Shown: piece after piece, positions 47,721-61,090 of the stretch
Layout: each line of letters starts with the position of its first letter
How positions within the stretch are numbered: the stretch's first letter is position 1
NCBI GenBank assembly: GCA_028534125.1
Contig: CM052816.1
Location: forward strand, 29,762,001-29,826,000
Length of the DNA stretch: 64,000 nucleotides
Origin: Lama glama
Taxonomy: Eukaryota
Reading direction: 5' to 3'
The notes under the pieces: model-generated
Databases searched by the model: none
What the model was told of the DNA's origin: nothing
The model's input: the letters and a program-made list of their open reading frames with translations, nothing else
Made by a program: the position numbers and the translations under genes

Positions 47721-50094
47721 TCTATGGAACAAATAATGCAAGAGAAAGTGCTTTATTTTACATTCATATTTGACCTACTTTGGAACCGTGGGAGGATGGT
47801 CTCTAGTTTCTGAGTTGTGGATGAGCTGCTGCTGTTGTAACTTCCCAAGGTATGATTCTCAGAGCCATTGCTGGGAGATTCAGTAAAGGTGATGTGTGTG
47901 CCCTGGAGTATGAGCTGGGGAAGAGCCATGTAAATAGCCTTATACGTGTGTTTCAAGTCTATTAGTTTTCTGAAATCATACAGGAGTAGTGCAAATTATA
48001 CTCACTTCCAAACCCTTAATTTGCCACTTCTGTGCTTTTCCTACTCTCCCTATTAGGATAACTTGTCACAATTCAACATTCATGAAATTATAGCAGTGAA
48101 AAGTGAAAGTGGAAAGAGAGACAGGGAGGTAAAGGAGAGGAAGACTTTTAGAGAAAAGGAGGAAGAAATAAGAAGTGGGAGAATGGGGAGACAGCGTCTA
48201 TGCCAATATGAGGTTAGAAAAGCAGACTAGAGGATAACCAAACAGGAGAAGTGGAGGCTGGTAGAATGAATGAGGTGTAACTAGATCCTTGATTTCAGTT
48301 TTGACGTCAAGGTGTGGTCCCATCTGTCTAATACGCTCTGCCTCTAGAACCCTGAGATACTTTTCTGTTCTCTTTCTCCAGTATGTTGCATGTAGGTCCT
48401 CCTGTCTTGAAATTCTTGCCTGGCATCCCTTTCTTTGCATTCCCTGCCTTGGGCTTCTTCTATATCAAGGCCTGAGCCTCCCATGGACAGTCCTCTCCTT
48501 CGCTAAGCTGGGAAACCTTTTCTTGGTATAGTCTCCTGCCCAACACTGATTTTCCGCTTGACTTCCCAGGGAAGCTGATTTTCCTGATGTCATGTATTTC
48601 CCATTTGCCTCAAACTGTAATCTTTTGGCTGATGGAGCTTGTACTTTGCTCTGGAGTTGGCCTTTTGGAAGGCTTTCTCTGAGTCTTTGCAGATTCCGTG
48701 GAGCAAGCTCTCCTTCAATCTGCAGGTTAACAGAGGGCTTTGGCTTCTTATAGCTGCAGAGATCAGGCTTTTGGTTCTTTACCTCTAGCTTGCTCATATG
48801 ACTGTCATTCCACGGCTTCCTGTTACATCCCTGCCTACAGTTACAATCAGTCTCATGAAGAGCTGAAAACTACCTGACTGTCCCTGAGAACCTAACTTTC
48901 CCTCTAGCTGTGCCATCCTACTGCCCTGGGTGGGTGCCACCCTGAGAGGTGGCAGTAACTGTGGAATGAGCAGACGGTGGTTAGGGAATTCTGTGCCTTC
49001 TAAGGGACTGGTGACCATCAGAGTAAACTTAATTATGCATGAGATGAATGGAACTAGTAAAGAGCAAGGTATACCTATGCAATGGCTCATATGCATAGTT
49101 CACTGGTAATTAGCACTGTTGATTCAATTTGCAAGATTTAAAAAATGACACGGATTGTTTTATTTAATTAAAAACTTTAGACTTTGACTACAGTATCTGG
49201 TGTGAACTATCTGTGCTTGAGGAGGTCCTGGTCATATAGTGGCACTGAAGCACCTCCTCTTGGGTGGAACCTCATGACCCAATTCCAATGCCAGACTTGA
49301 AAATGCATTTTTTTTTTTTGCCTTTGCCGGTTGGACAACCTTGTACTTCAAACTACGTTGCATTCTGGCAAGTACTGTCTTTTATCTTCATTCTTCAAGA
49401 CAAAAGCTGCCTGCCTTGTATTTTTGGACTGCCTGGAAGAAACTGAGGTGAGGTGGAATCCAGGGGAATTTCCTCTGAACAGAGAGCTGGACATTTATCC
49501 TTGACAGTTCCAGCTGAGTGTGCAAAACTCTAGCCAGGCCAGTGAGGGCAGTTGATGCTCGCTGTCCAACACTGTGTAACTGGCCCACACAGAGTCATCA
49601 GGAGGGTCTTTCTGCTTCTTCCTGCCCGCTCCACGCATTTTATTCTTGCTTCCTCTAGCTGTCCACCCCCTGACACTCCCTAACATACTGTGTTCTCTCA
49701 TGAATACTTCTCTCTCATGGTAGTCTTTTTGATTTCTTCAGCATGACTTATTGTGAAACTTCATGACTGTGGGTCTTTAGTTATGGCTTGACTTTGATCC
49801 TGGGCCAACACTTTGTGTTTGAAAGGGTCTTCTTATATAAATATATTAAAACTGCTGAAGGGATCCTCCGCACATTGACGTGGTGAAGACAGAGGGCTGC
49901 TCCTTCCAGAAACCAAAATTCCCAGGGAACTGTGATTGGCTTCCTGCCCAAAAGATTGCTGTGAGTGTTGAATCACAGTGGCAAAGACTGGGCTTGTCAT
50001 ATAGATGAGTTGTGTTGGACAAATCTCATAAAAAGCAAAAAGCTGAAGACCAGGTTGGGATGAAGGAATAGAAATTCAGAATGTAATTTATGTC

Positions 50095-50192
50095 TATCTC
50101 TTTTTTTCTCTTTTTCTCTTTTTCTCTTTTTTCCTTCCTTCCTCCCTCCCTCCCTCCCTCCCTCCCTCCCTCCCTCCCTCTCTCTCTCCCTC

Positions 50193-50256
<64 letters not shown>
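50095..50256. repeat. (CCCT)n(TTTC)n polypyrimidine microsatellite
   Basis: Directly visible. Confidence 0.95.
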
Positions 50257-52494
50257 TGTGAGAGGAAGAAGTATGTCTGTGTTGGCCAGAAAATTAAAAG
50301 CTCTCCTATTTGGAAAACTTATCCGAATAGGCAACTGATCAGAATACACTCAATATTTCACTTTCTTAAAGCTGAAATCTGAGTTATAGTCATCCTCAGA
50401 GTTCGGGGTTTTTGAAAATACTTGTGGGGCTCACATTCTGAAAATGTACCAGTTGATATGTGATATGTTCCTTCCTCTGGTCTCTTTCATGATTTGGTTT
50501 TCTCGTATCTCTGTTTTCTAAGTCATCAGCTAGCACACATGTGAAAAGATAGAATTGTAAAGAATGTAAGCTGGCGGTCAGTGACCAAAGCTGCTAACAC
50601 AGCTCCTCAGCGCCGTTCTGTGACATTAGTTGGCATTACTGTTGTGGGGCCTATTTAAACTAATTTTGAAAAAGGGAAGTTAAAATAGATTTAAAAATTG
50701 GAGAATTTTGCCTGATGTTTGATTTGTATGAATAGATTATAAAATCACATTAGAAAACAGCAGTGCTGAGGTTAAAGATGTTGGAAATATGAAGTTAAAT
50801 CTGAGCTACAAATTACAGTAAATGTGAAGTCCAGGTTAGGTGGATGGTAAATAGGACAAAGAAGACTTTCAAGAACACAGACATGCCCATCAATGACTGA
50901 TTGTCATGTTGCTTCTTAAAATGAACATGAGCTAGTGGTGAGAATCTCATGACTTTTTTTCTTAAGTTATACTGATAGTTTTCTGATATTCTTTAAAGTG
51001 TAGAAATAGTACTGGCTCGTAGATCACATTTTAAGACACGTAGCTCTGAGGTATGCTTACATGTATTTACCATATTAAATGTGTGTTTATGTTGTTTTGC
51101 ATCTCAGGAATATATTTCAATTATTTATCACACCTCTGATTCACTTGTATTGCTCAAATGTCAGATGTGACTCCACAATTGTAAATTCCTGTGTAGTATT
51201 ATAAACAAACATAAACATACCTTGACAGGTCTCCAGTAATAACAACGAGAGTCACATATTCATAGGCAACACATCACACATTCGCAACTGGACACTGTAT
51301 TTTTATGATGCAGTCAATTTCAGATATGTTTGAACCTATGAAAAGCATGGGAATCATGGTGTAAATTCAATACAAGAATTTTTTTTCTTATCACATGCAG
51401 CCCTCCCCCATCTCTTACCCTAGCTGGGCTGGATAATAAAATAAAACTATGCAACATACTGAAAAATGCCTTCGATATGCATTGTACTATCAAAACTCAT
51501 TAATACACTTAGTAGAAAGAAACCAGCTTTGATGCCAATTCCATTGCCTATCCCAGGCTAAAATGTTTATTAGCAATTATTATTTTTCTCATTTCATGGG
51601 AATAAATTCTAATTCAGAGAAGTTGGAGAGCGACTTGATGTGTCCCCCCTCGGCCTCTTGATGGTGATGCTATCTGCTTGAAATGCTCGAGGGACTCGCC
51701 TGGTGGGTGATCATTATGAATAATCATGTGTGTTACTTTCTGGCATGGCCTTTCGTAGGAGAGACAAGGAGTTTATCAAATATCTCGAAAGTGGAAAATT
51801 CGATTTAAAAACTAATTCTTAGGAGGTCAGCATTTTCTAGAAAATCCCCTGTCCCTTTGCCTCTATGAGTCTGACTAAGAAGATGTTCTAAATTCATCTG
51901 TTTTGTGAGGGAAGACTCCCCTGTTAGGGTGAAGAATGATTTTTCCACCTGCCTCTTTGCCAGCTTTCATAATAGCTATGGCAGGGAGCCTGCTGGCAGG
52001 CAACCCTCAGGTCCATGAATGGGCTTTATTTTTAAATCAGAGAACTTGAGATCCTTGACAGGTAGACTCCAGCAGCTTAGTGTCTGATGCACATACTTGA
52101 ACTAAGGGATCCTGAATTTTACCCACTGAAGGGAAAGGAATCCTCTCATCGGGATCCCACTGGGGAACTGATGTTCAGGAAGCTTCTGTGGTGTTGTGGA
52201 GCTGCCACCTGTTTTTCTGCCTGGGGAAGGGGAAATGCATGCAGTGTGAACTTAACTGAGCACAGCAAACACAAGGTTCTCCCTCCACTCTACCCAGTGC
52301 TGCAAGTACCCAGTGAAAATCTGTTTCAATTGATTAAGATGCCCAGTCACACTGTGGAAGATTTGATGTATAGGTGGTTACTATAATCTAAATTTCATCT
52401 TCTCAAAGGAAAGAGCCGTGGACAAGGTTGCTGGACTTGCACAGGAAACTAATCCCAGTTCAGGATTAAGACGTCTTTTATGTATGGAAGGGTA

Positions 52495-52610
52495 GAGAAT
52501 TCTGTGAATGTGTTAAAATCCATTGGCTTGTATATTCTAAATGAGTGAATTGGATGGTATGTAAATTATATCTCAATAGAGCTGTTACAAAAAAACAAAA
52601 CAAAAACGAC
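52495..52610 (+). mobile_element. L1MB-like 3' terminus with A-tail
   Basis: CTGTGAATGTGTTAAAATCCATTGGCTTGTATATTCTAAATGAGTGAATTGGATGGTATGTAAATTATATCTCAATAGAGCTGTT followed by an A-rich tail. Confidence 0.8.
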
Positions 52611-53189
52611 AAAGCAAATTCCCCTGTACCAAGTGAAGAAATCAAACATTTATTGTATTTGCTTTTATAGTTGCTGCCTGCTTGTATCAGCTGATACTGG
52701 TTTTTCATTTACTATAGTCATATGAAACTTTCGTTCAAAGAAATCTTATTTAATAAAACTGGTGAGCAATATGAAGAAAAATATTACAGTAGAATCTGAA
52801 GTTTGGGAAACCTCTGGTGTCTTACTGGAGCTCATCTGCTTCAGAACAGAGCCATTTTCATCTGTTTATTCCTTCATTAATTTCTTTACTGTTTTGAGCG
52901 CCTACCATGCATCGGGCATATGCTGACTGCCTTTTCTGGAGTTCACCATCTGTAGAGATGGTAGGCAAGGCTAAGTACCCCAACTGGCCGTAAATCCTGA
53001 GATGCAGGGTCCACTATTTTGGAGGAGATTGTTGCAGTGTTTTAGGAATTTGTAAGACAAACGGGAAAGGAAGTAAAAGCATCAGGTAAACAAACACAGA
53101 TGGAAAACACTTCAAAGTATAGTCAGTGCATTAAGAAGTTTTCCTTTCTTGCTCCCCTCTTCCTCCCTTCCTTCTTTTCTTCCCTCCTT

Positions 53190-53487
53190 TGAAAGATAAA
53201 TTGAAGCATATTAAAAATTCTAAGAGTTTGAGCAAAAATTGGAATCGAGCAGCGCCAAACCAGAAGTGTTCAGAAGTGCTCCGCTGACAGGAGCTGGGGA
53301 GAGACTTATGTAGAGAAAGTGCTAAGCAAAGAAAGGAAATTACTTGGTTGGCTAGAGCTTAAAGGGTAGTTGACTGGGATTGGTTTTCCTTAGCATTTTG
53401 ACTTTTGTAACCTGGAGGCATTTACAGGCTTAGATTTTGGTTCGCTTACATGGGCCATCATGGCATTAGAGCCACATCAATCTAACA
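53190..53487 (-). mobile_element. Probable ERV1-class solo LTR
   Basis: About 300 bp from TGAAAGATAAATTG to AATCTAACA, with GAAATTACTTGGTTGGCTA and GGCTTAGATTTTGGTTCGCTTAC resembling antisense MER41/MER57-type LTRs; no TSD confirmed. Confidence 0.5.
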
Positions 53488-53492
53488 AACGT

Positions 53493-53577
53493 TTCCTTCC
53501 TTCCTTCCTTCCTTCCTTCCTTCCTTCCTTCCTTCCTTCCTTCCTTCCTTCTTTCCCTCCTTCCTTCCTTCCTTCCC
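53493..53577. repeat. (TTCC)n microsatellite
   Basis: Directly visible. Confidence 0.95.
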
Positions 53578-56500
53578 TTTTTAGTAGGATCCACATGACT
53601 TGAAAATATTTAATCCTTAATAAGATTATTTTGGGTTTCTTATCGGCTCAATTAAAGTTTACTACTTGAGCTATAATTTTTAAAAAGTGTACAAACATAC
53701 AAAAAGTCAAGAACTAACACCATAAAACCTACTTTTAACCACAGTTGGAGAAATCTAAGGATTCCTTGTGGTAATGTCTCTGGATCCAGCTTGAGCTTAG
53801 TTCTTGAGCCTGGAGAGACCAAATGCTCTTATTCTGAGACATGAAACACTGCAGTTCAGAAATACCTTCAATACTGAAAAATGAGTGTTTTTCTAGGCTT
53901 AGTGACAGATTTCTAGCTTTGCATGAGTGTCCCTGTATTTCAGGTGAAATCAGTTACATTTATTGCCATTCCCACTACAGTGAATGGGATCTTCTTGTAC
54001 ATTTCCTAAAGAATTGAGGCCAGAACAAAGGCCGGGAAGCAAATAGCTGTTGTTGTTTGTCTGATTTGGTCTACTAAAATGACAGCTACATGTTTAAAAT
54101 TCAAGTTAAAAATGTAAAAACATCAGTCAGGAGATTATGACGTGTTGCAATGCAAATACCCCAAACTTTATCTAGTCAGAGCTCAAAGTTGTTTTATTTA
54201 ATCTGTCAACAAATAATCATTGTATGTTTGCTGGGTATTGGGAAATGAGCAACGTGTCACAGAGCTGAGTTCATTTTCGTTCCCTGCCTTCTTATTTTGC
54301 TACTTCTGTGACCCTTTGCCTACTCTTGGGTGCTCTCTCTCATTTGTGAAGCTATATCCAATCAGACAGTTAATTTTAAATTCTTAGTCTTTTTCTGCAC
54401 ATGTGTGTTCCATTATTCCTGTTCTTTCATCCTAGAGCGGACAGTTTCTACCTCAAACAGGGCCATTGTGCTTGCCTCCCTCCTGGTCTATGTGCTGCTG
54501 GACCAGAGAGATTTTCCTTTGGGGGACTCACTTTCTGAAGAGGCAAAAGGATAAGCTTGGTTGTTGATGAGCCAGGGTGGTCCGAGGGCTGGGTAAGAGC
54601 ATGGGAGGGTATGAAAACAGGGTGAGTGATCTGGACAGACGCTGGGAGCAGGCAAGAAGCCTGCAGGAAGCCAGGCAGGACACAGGTGACAGAAGCATAT
54701 GACCTTCACGATTCTTCAGCTTCTCATACCTTAAAGGTTTCATAGTTAATTATTTAAGTGGCTGGTTTTACAGTCAAGTTTATCTCTATAGAATGAGTTT
54801 TATTGTTTAAGAATATGCAACCTGTCCTTGCCTCCCTTGCCCACCACTGGCCATCAGCCTAGTGGAGGTTAAGTCCCACAAAATTGATTACAAACTTTGT
54901 CATTGTGTTAGGACTCATACATTGTTCAGAGAGAGTGAGGTGGAGTGGAGCAGGTGGAGTGGGGCTCTGAAGTGAGCCGTAGACCCATGAGGGTGCTCAA
55001 GAACTAGGGGAAGTAGAGGAGGGGGGAGAACACAAGGGAGAGAGATGTGTAGGTGGGGAAAGTCCAGGCTTTTGAAATACATGACTTTGAACTTGAATCT
55101 AGTAAATTCTACAAACAACATGGTGTTTTTTCCTACCATGGAAGTGAAAATCAGTGGCTTAGGCTGAGGCGAATGAATAGCAACATAGAATTGGACAGTG
55201 AGTCACTGACTCATAAGGTAGAGTCCAAACCTTGGTGGAATCTGTTTTTGCAGTGCTTTATCCTGTCACAAGAATTAAAGGAGGGGTTGCTGTCTTCACT
55301 CCAGTCCTTATATCTACATCTCTAGTGCAAAGACAGAACATGGCGTATTGACTTAAGTTGACATTCTCTTTCCTTTTAGGGTCACATGCCCTCTGTTTCA
55401 GATTGCCAAGGGCACTTGTATAGTGGTTTGGGGTTTCTGTTATTAAAACCCTAAGTTCAAAGGGCAGAATCAATGTCATCACATAATATTCACCAGCACA
55501 CATTGCATTTATTTGCAGTGCTTAAAAAAGTTCCTGTGAGAACTTTTGAGTTTCCATAAATGATTGCCTGGCATATCTGACACCCTGGCAGAGCTTTTCA
55601 TCTTGGCTAATATCTTTCAGAGATTACTTTACAGTCCATTTACTTGGGCAAGGGCTGAAATGTCCTGAGTCTCTCTGTGTTGAGGGTGAATATGAATATT
55701 GGAGTAGAGGGCTAAAAATATGAGCTTATTACTCTTGATGTGGTTGTTCTCCATTTTAATTCCTCGGGCTATATATTAAGGAATAAGAAGCAAAGTGCCT
55801 TAGATGGTCCCAGGGTTCTCATATCCACCCCTCAGCAGTCTTGGAAGGCATAGACAGTAATTCTGCAACGGTGTTTGTGCCATAAATTTTCTTTTACCCC
55901 TTTTAGGTGGCTGTTGTGGGTTTGGGGTTATAAATCTGTGAAGAACTGTTTTAGTCAAGTGGTGGAAGGGATGTTATCATCCAAGGTATGCTATTCATAA
56001 GAGAACTAATCACTCTTTATCAAACTTTATGCAAATAAAGCCAAATTAGATTTATTAGGGTGATGAAAGAGAATAGGGACTTTTTAATGGGTAGCAATGC
56101 TGTGCGTTATCTAAATGCAAGGCAGATGTAATGATGCATTAGAAATGCCGAGGAAATTTAATCAGTGTAGAAAAAATATAATGAAATGGTTGTTTAAACA
56201 CTGTAAAGCTAATGTTAGAGTAATTACTTCCCATTGAGCAAGGCATGCAGCACATTACCCAGGCTCTGTTTTATTAGTCATCCTGTCTGCATCATCTGTC
56301 CCTTTGATCCACTTTAATTTTAATATAATTTCTAAACTTACTAATTTAAACTTTAAAATGAAGGAATAAATAAAACAACTTCTGTAGGCAACAGAATTTT
56401 TATTAGCACAGGACAGATTAAAACCATGCCCCCTCTGCTCACTTCTCCCTCCCGCCATGATCACCCTTACCCCTCCATCGTGAAAGGGAACCCTGAAATC

Positions 56501-56679
56501 CAGAATGGTAGACTTCCTTGCTTTTAAGGGTAGGTAGCAAATACTTAAAATATTTTGGTTCTTTGGATGGTCTTTCTCTTGATATACAGGTGGAAAAAGG
56601 AGTGATTTTTAGAACAGTTATCTTTTTCCCTATTGATAGGGAAAGGAACAGAAAGAATGGCTTTTAACAACTAATATTT

Positions 56680-58130
56680 CTGCTTTCCCTTTATGAAAGT
56701 TTACATTTCTTGTTGAAAATTTAGAAAATACAGATGATAAAAATGAGAAAATAAGTATCACCCATAATCCCTTTTCCCAGAAGTAAAAATTATTAATATT
56801 TTGGGAGACTTTCTTACTAAAAACTGACAGTTATTCTAATCTAATAATCGTATAGCTCAGAAATTAGCTCTGTGGTTGAGACAGCAGGAGCTGGAGTTCA
56901 ACTGCCTGGGCCCAAATCCTAGTTTCACCTTGGACGAGTTATCTTTCTTGGTGCCTCACTTTCCCCACTAAAATTGAAGATAATAATAGTACCTACTTCA
57001 TAGCAGTGTTGTGAAAATTAAATTAGATAACGCATCCCATGGGCTTATAACAATGCCAAACCCATAGTGAGTATTTATGACACCTACTACTACATTATTG
57101 TTCTCTAATTATAAGAATTTTATTCTGCATGTGTTTTTATAATATACTTTTTTTTACTTAGCAACATAATGTGTCTGCCTTTTATGATAGTAAATGTTCT
57201 TTTATAATTTTTTTTCCTAATGGATACATTGTATTCCATTATAAGGACTAGAGTTTGTTTATTTAACTAATCTCTCATTGATGGGTTTTCAGGTCATCTG
57301 CAATATTTTTTTTTTATTTTATAAACCATGTTTCCTTAAAATTCATTCTTAGGAATGAAACTGCTGGGTCAAAATTCATGAGCATTTAAAAACTTTCGGC
57401 ATGTACGGTGAAACTGCCCTCCATAAAAGTGTCTGGGTGGTGGTGGGCGGGGAGCAAATCTCAGTGGCTGAGCCTGTGCTGAGGTCCTGGGTGAGGGATT
57501 GCCCTCACTTCAAAAAAGTGTGAACATGTTTCTTCCTTTCCTTCCTTTCCAAAACTGAGTATTATTATTAGCCCATAGGATAAAAATTTAACAATTTAAT
57601 GGGTGAAAAGTGGTTTGTCGTGGTTTCTTTAATTTGAATTTTTTCCCTATAACCTGTGATTTTCTCTTCTGTTAATTTCCTATTCATAGCCTCCATTCAT
57701 ATATTTTGGGGACACTAGTCTTTTACTTTTTAACTATTTGTAGTTTTTAGAACTTCAGAAGATTAACTTTTTGCCATATATATTGTAAATATTTCCCCAG
57801 TTCATACTCTGTTAAATCTTATTATATGGTTTTTATTTTGATTAAAAGAAATTTTAAAATTTTTTTGTGGTCAAATTACTCATTATTTTTGTTTATGATT
57901 TCTAATTTTGGAGTGAAATTTAAAGAGTTTAGAAAGTCCTACATATATTTTCAGGTAGTATTTTTAGGGTTTTATTTTGATGTTGTTATCTTTTAATTCA
58001 GTTTGAACTTTTTTGTGTATAGAGTGACATAGGGATCTGAATCAATCAATCAGTCTATCTGTTTATCTCAATCTTTACATTGTATTTTCTTTTGTTTATT
58101 CTGTGTTTGACAACTTCATTAAACTCTTTT
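56680..58130 (-). mobile_element. Old L1 (L1M) antisense fragments with nested MIR and SINE
   Basis: TTGTATTCCATT, ATTTAACTAATCTCTCATTGATGG, GGAATGAAACTGCTGGGTCAAA and ATATTGTAAATATTTCCCCAG are antisense L1 3' motifs. Confidence 0.7.
56865..57090 (+). mobile_element. MIR SINE
   Basis: GCTGGAGTTCAACTGCCTGGGCCCAAATCCTAG...CCTTGGACGAGTTA...GTGCCTCACTTTCCCCACTAAAATTGAAGATAATAATAGTACCTACTTCATAG. Confidence 0.85.
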
Positions 58131-58609
58131 ACTCATTTTAATTTTTTTTCAGATGCTACTGTTGGGATTTCAGGCTAAAATTTTGAGAATATTTTTACGT
58201 CTATTATTCAGACACATAATTAACTGTATCACAAATGTATATAGCATCTGCTGCTCAACTGTGAGAGTCATTTTTTTTTAAAATTATATGGCAGAAGAAT
58301 TTGTGGTTGAAGAAAAGAAAATGGTATGAGAGAAAAAAAGAAATAGGAGATTAGATTCTAAGTAAATCTATGAAGGCTCTTTGAAATGGTTTTTCCATTC
58401 CCCAAATTAAAACATGTAAGTTCCTACTCAAAATAATGACAAAGCCAGTGACATTTAATGCCCACTTAATCTTAAGGGGCACAGTGCCGATCATTGCCAT
58501 TCACCTCCCTTCAATCTTGTCAGGTTCAACCTTTTCAATGGGATTCACGCATTTTTGTTTTGCTCTGTTTATACAAGATGGATTCAAAGATGAAAGGAAT
58601 ATTTTCCCC

Positions 58610-59392
58610 CAGGGATGGAAACAGGTTCTGTAGGGCCTGAAGATTATACAATTTGGGGGACCGTCTTTAAGAAAAAGAATACAAACTTAAAAATACACTC
58701 TTAGCTACCATTTAGATATAAATGCTTATTTGGCATGAGAGAAGAAGTGAAAACAAATAACACATTTAAGGAAAGCTGGCCAGTGCTACAAACTTTACAA
58801 AATTTAGAAAATAACATAATATTTTTATTAATAAATTACATGATGCATTTTGGCTACATACTTTTCCTTACATTTTGTATAACAATTTTATAGTCTAGCT
58901 TTCTATAGAGATAATAAGGTATATAAGTTCTTCCTCTAGCATGCTTTGTTTAAGGAGAGGTTTGGGGTGATAGGGTACACATAATTGGGAGGACTGGAGG
59001 TGGTCCTACAATGTGGATGTGGCCTATAGCACCTGGCACTGGAAGTATGTAGATAGTAGAAAAGAGATACATGGTGATGATTCTGAACCATATAAACATA
59101 TCACATTGATCCCCAACTAAACATATATCTACTCAACTTTCCCACAGCCAGATCCCCAAAATGCCTGCAGCAACTCCAGTGCCACCCCAAGTAAGAAGAA
59201 GAGTGATGGATGGAAAGTAGAACACCAGATTTACTCAATTGTTAAAAATATCTTACTTCTGCAAATTTTACAAAGACATGACATCTTGTGAATTCATTGC
59301 CAAGCCTCTTCCCAGGGCCTTGGAAGAGTCCCATGCAAGTGAGGGGCAATGAAGCTTAAGCTTTATTAGTTTCATAGTAAATCTGACCCATG
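58610..59392 (-). mobile_element. MER115/Zaphod-like hAT-Tip100 element, near full length
   Basis: Left end CAGGGATGGAAACAGGTTCTGTAGGGCCTGAAG...TATACAATTTGGGGG; right end CCAGGGCCTTGGAAGAGTCCCATGCAAGTGAGGGGCAATGAAGCTTAAGCTTTATTAGTTTCATAGTAAATCTG. Confidence 0.8.
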
Positions 59393-59744
59393 TACCAGAT
59401 ACTCCATTCAAATGTTTAACGTCTTCATCATTTCATGTCTGAGTCTTGCTATGACTGCCATCAGAGTTCCCGAGATGCAAAATACTTAGATGACTGATAT
59501 AGAAAATACTATAGCTGTCACCCCAAATGAGTAGATTTTCCCTCATATGCAGGGTTCCTGAGTTTTAATCCTTCCTGAAAATCTTTCTGCAAGAACATGA
59601 GGAGAAACTATCAGAGCACTATGAATTATCTCCATCCTCCTCCTCCACATGTGCCTTGCTTAATGCCTTCCTTACACGTGGTCCAACTTTACTTTTTATT
59701 TTTAATATTGTCCTCATTTTGCCTTGCATCTTTTTATTTTGTGT

Positions 59745-60545
59745 GTGTGTGTTTTTTAAACTGAAGTATAGTCAGTTACAATGTGTCAATTTCTGGTATA
59801 CATATAGAGTGGAGAAATCCGTGGCTTTAGTATATTCAGTATGCTAGGTTACGAGTATATATTCAGTATTTGGTGTATATTTAGCTGTGCATCCATCACT
59901 ACAATTTTAGAACATGTTTATTACTCCCCTGAGAAATCCTGCATCCCTTATCCTTTATTCCTTGAGTCCCCATCTCCTCATCCTAGGCAACCACTAATTT
60001 ACTTTCTGTGTCAACAGGTTTGCCAACCATAGACATTTCATATAAATTGACTTTCACAATAAGTGGTCCTTGTGACTACCTTCTTTCACTTCACATAATG
60101 TTTTCAAGCTCATCCATTTTGTAGCACGTATGAGCACTTTACTTATTTTATTTCTGAATAATATGTCATTGTATGGATATGTCATAATTTATTTGTCCAG
60201 TTATCACTTGATGTATATTTGTATTATTTCCACTTTTGACTGTTACTAATAATACTTCTGTGAATAGTTGTGTACACATTTTTGTGTAGATGTATGTTTT
60301 AACGTCTCTTGAGTATACACCTAAGAGTGGGAGTGCTGGGTGATAAGATTACTCTATGTTTAATATGCCAAACTGTTTTCCAAAGTGGCTGTTCTATTTT
60401 CCATTCCCACCTGCAGTGTATGAGAGTTTCGATTTTTCCACAGCCTTATCAGTACTTGCTGTTACCTAATATTTTATTTAACTATCCTAGTGAGTGTGAA
60501 GTGGTGCCTCATTGTGGTCTCAATTTGCATTTTCCTGTTGGATAA
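59745..60545 (-). mobile_element. L1MB-like antisense fragment capped by a tiny young-type L1 3' end (59745-59805)
   Basis: CCTAGGCAACCACTAATTTACTTTCTGTGTC, CTTCTTTCACTT...ATAATGTTTTCAAG, CCAAACTGTTTTCCAAAGTGGCTG and GTGTGAAGTGGTGCCTCATTGTGG; the left end TGAAGTATAGTCAGTTACAATGTGTCAATTTCTGGT resembles the 31380 L1 end. Confidence 0.85.
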
Positions 60546-60656
60546 TGACAACTTTACTTTGCCACAATTTTTGCTGTCTATTCCAAAGGTGCCAGCATAG
60601 AAATTGCCATTCTTCTATCCTTGCTTTTGCTTTATGTTCTTTCTTTACATCCCCTA

Positions 60657-61090
60657 ATATCAGTCAGTTCAGGGCAGAACTCACAAATCGCCACAGATAT
60701 TTCAATCAGGAAGGATTTAATACAGGGATGTAGAGACTTGGAAAGGCCAGAGAAGCAGAAGTCAAGAGACTGCCTCTTGTCTGTTGATTTCAGGGGTGTA
60801 GACTGTAGCTGGAATCCAAAGATCAGGAAGCTGCTTCAGCTGTGGTTTCTGCTGCTGCTACAGTTGCCTGTCTCCATGTGGAGTCCGAAGGCTGGCTATA
60901 AAACCTTGGTTCTCTTCCAGCCCCTACCAAACCCCTCAAGTCCCTTTGAGCCTTTTAGTCAGCAGCAGAAAGATGACCTTCTCCTTACTTCCCAAACTCC
61001 TGCAAATGTATCTCATTGGAATAACTTAATATGCATCTAGAACCTAATTTTTTCATGTTCAAGACCCGTCTATATGGGAAAGTATATTAA
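60657..61090 (-). mobile_element. Old ERVL-type LTR (LTR33-like)
   Basis: TATCAGTCAGTTCAGGGCAG...AGATATTTCAATCAGGAAGGATTTAATACAGGG start and TCTCATTGG...CTAGAACC near the end. Confidence 0.5.

Noticed and set aside
54436..54592. Exon-like segment with a good acceptor and GG|GTAAG donor
   Set aside because: Stops in all three frames and no other support; most likely a pseudo-exon.
56625..56644. TTTCCCTAT-TG-ATAGGGAAA palindrome, superficially like tetO
   Set aside because: Spacing and sequence differ from tetO, and a 9-bp arm is expected by chance in 64 kb.
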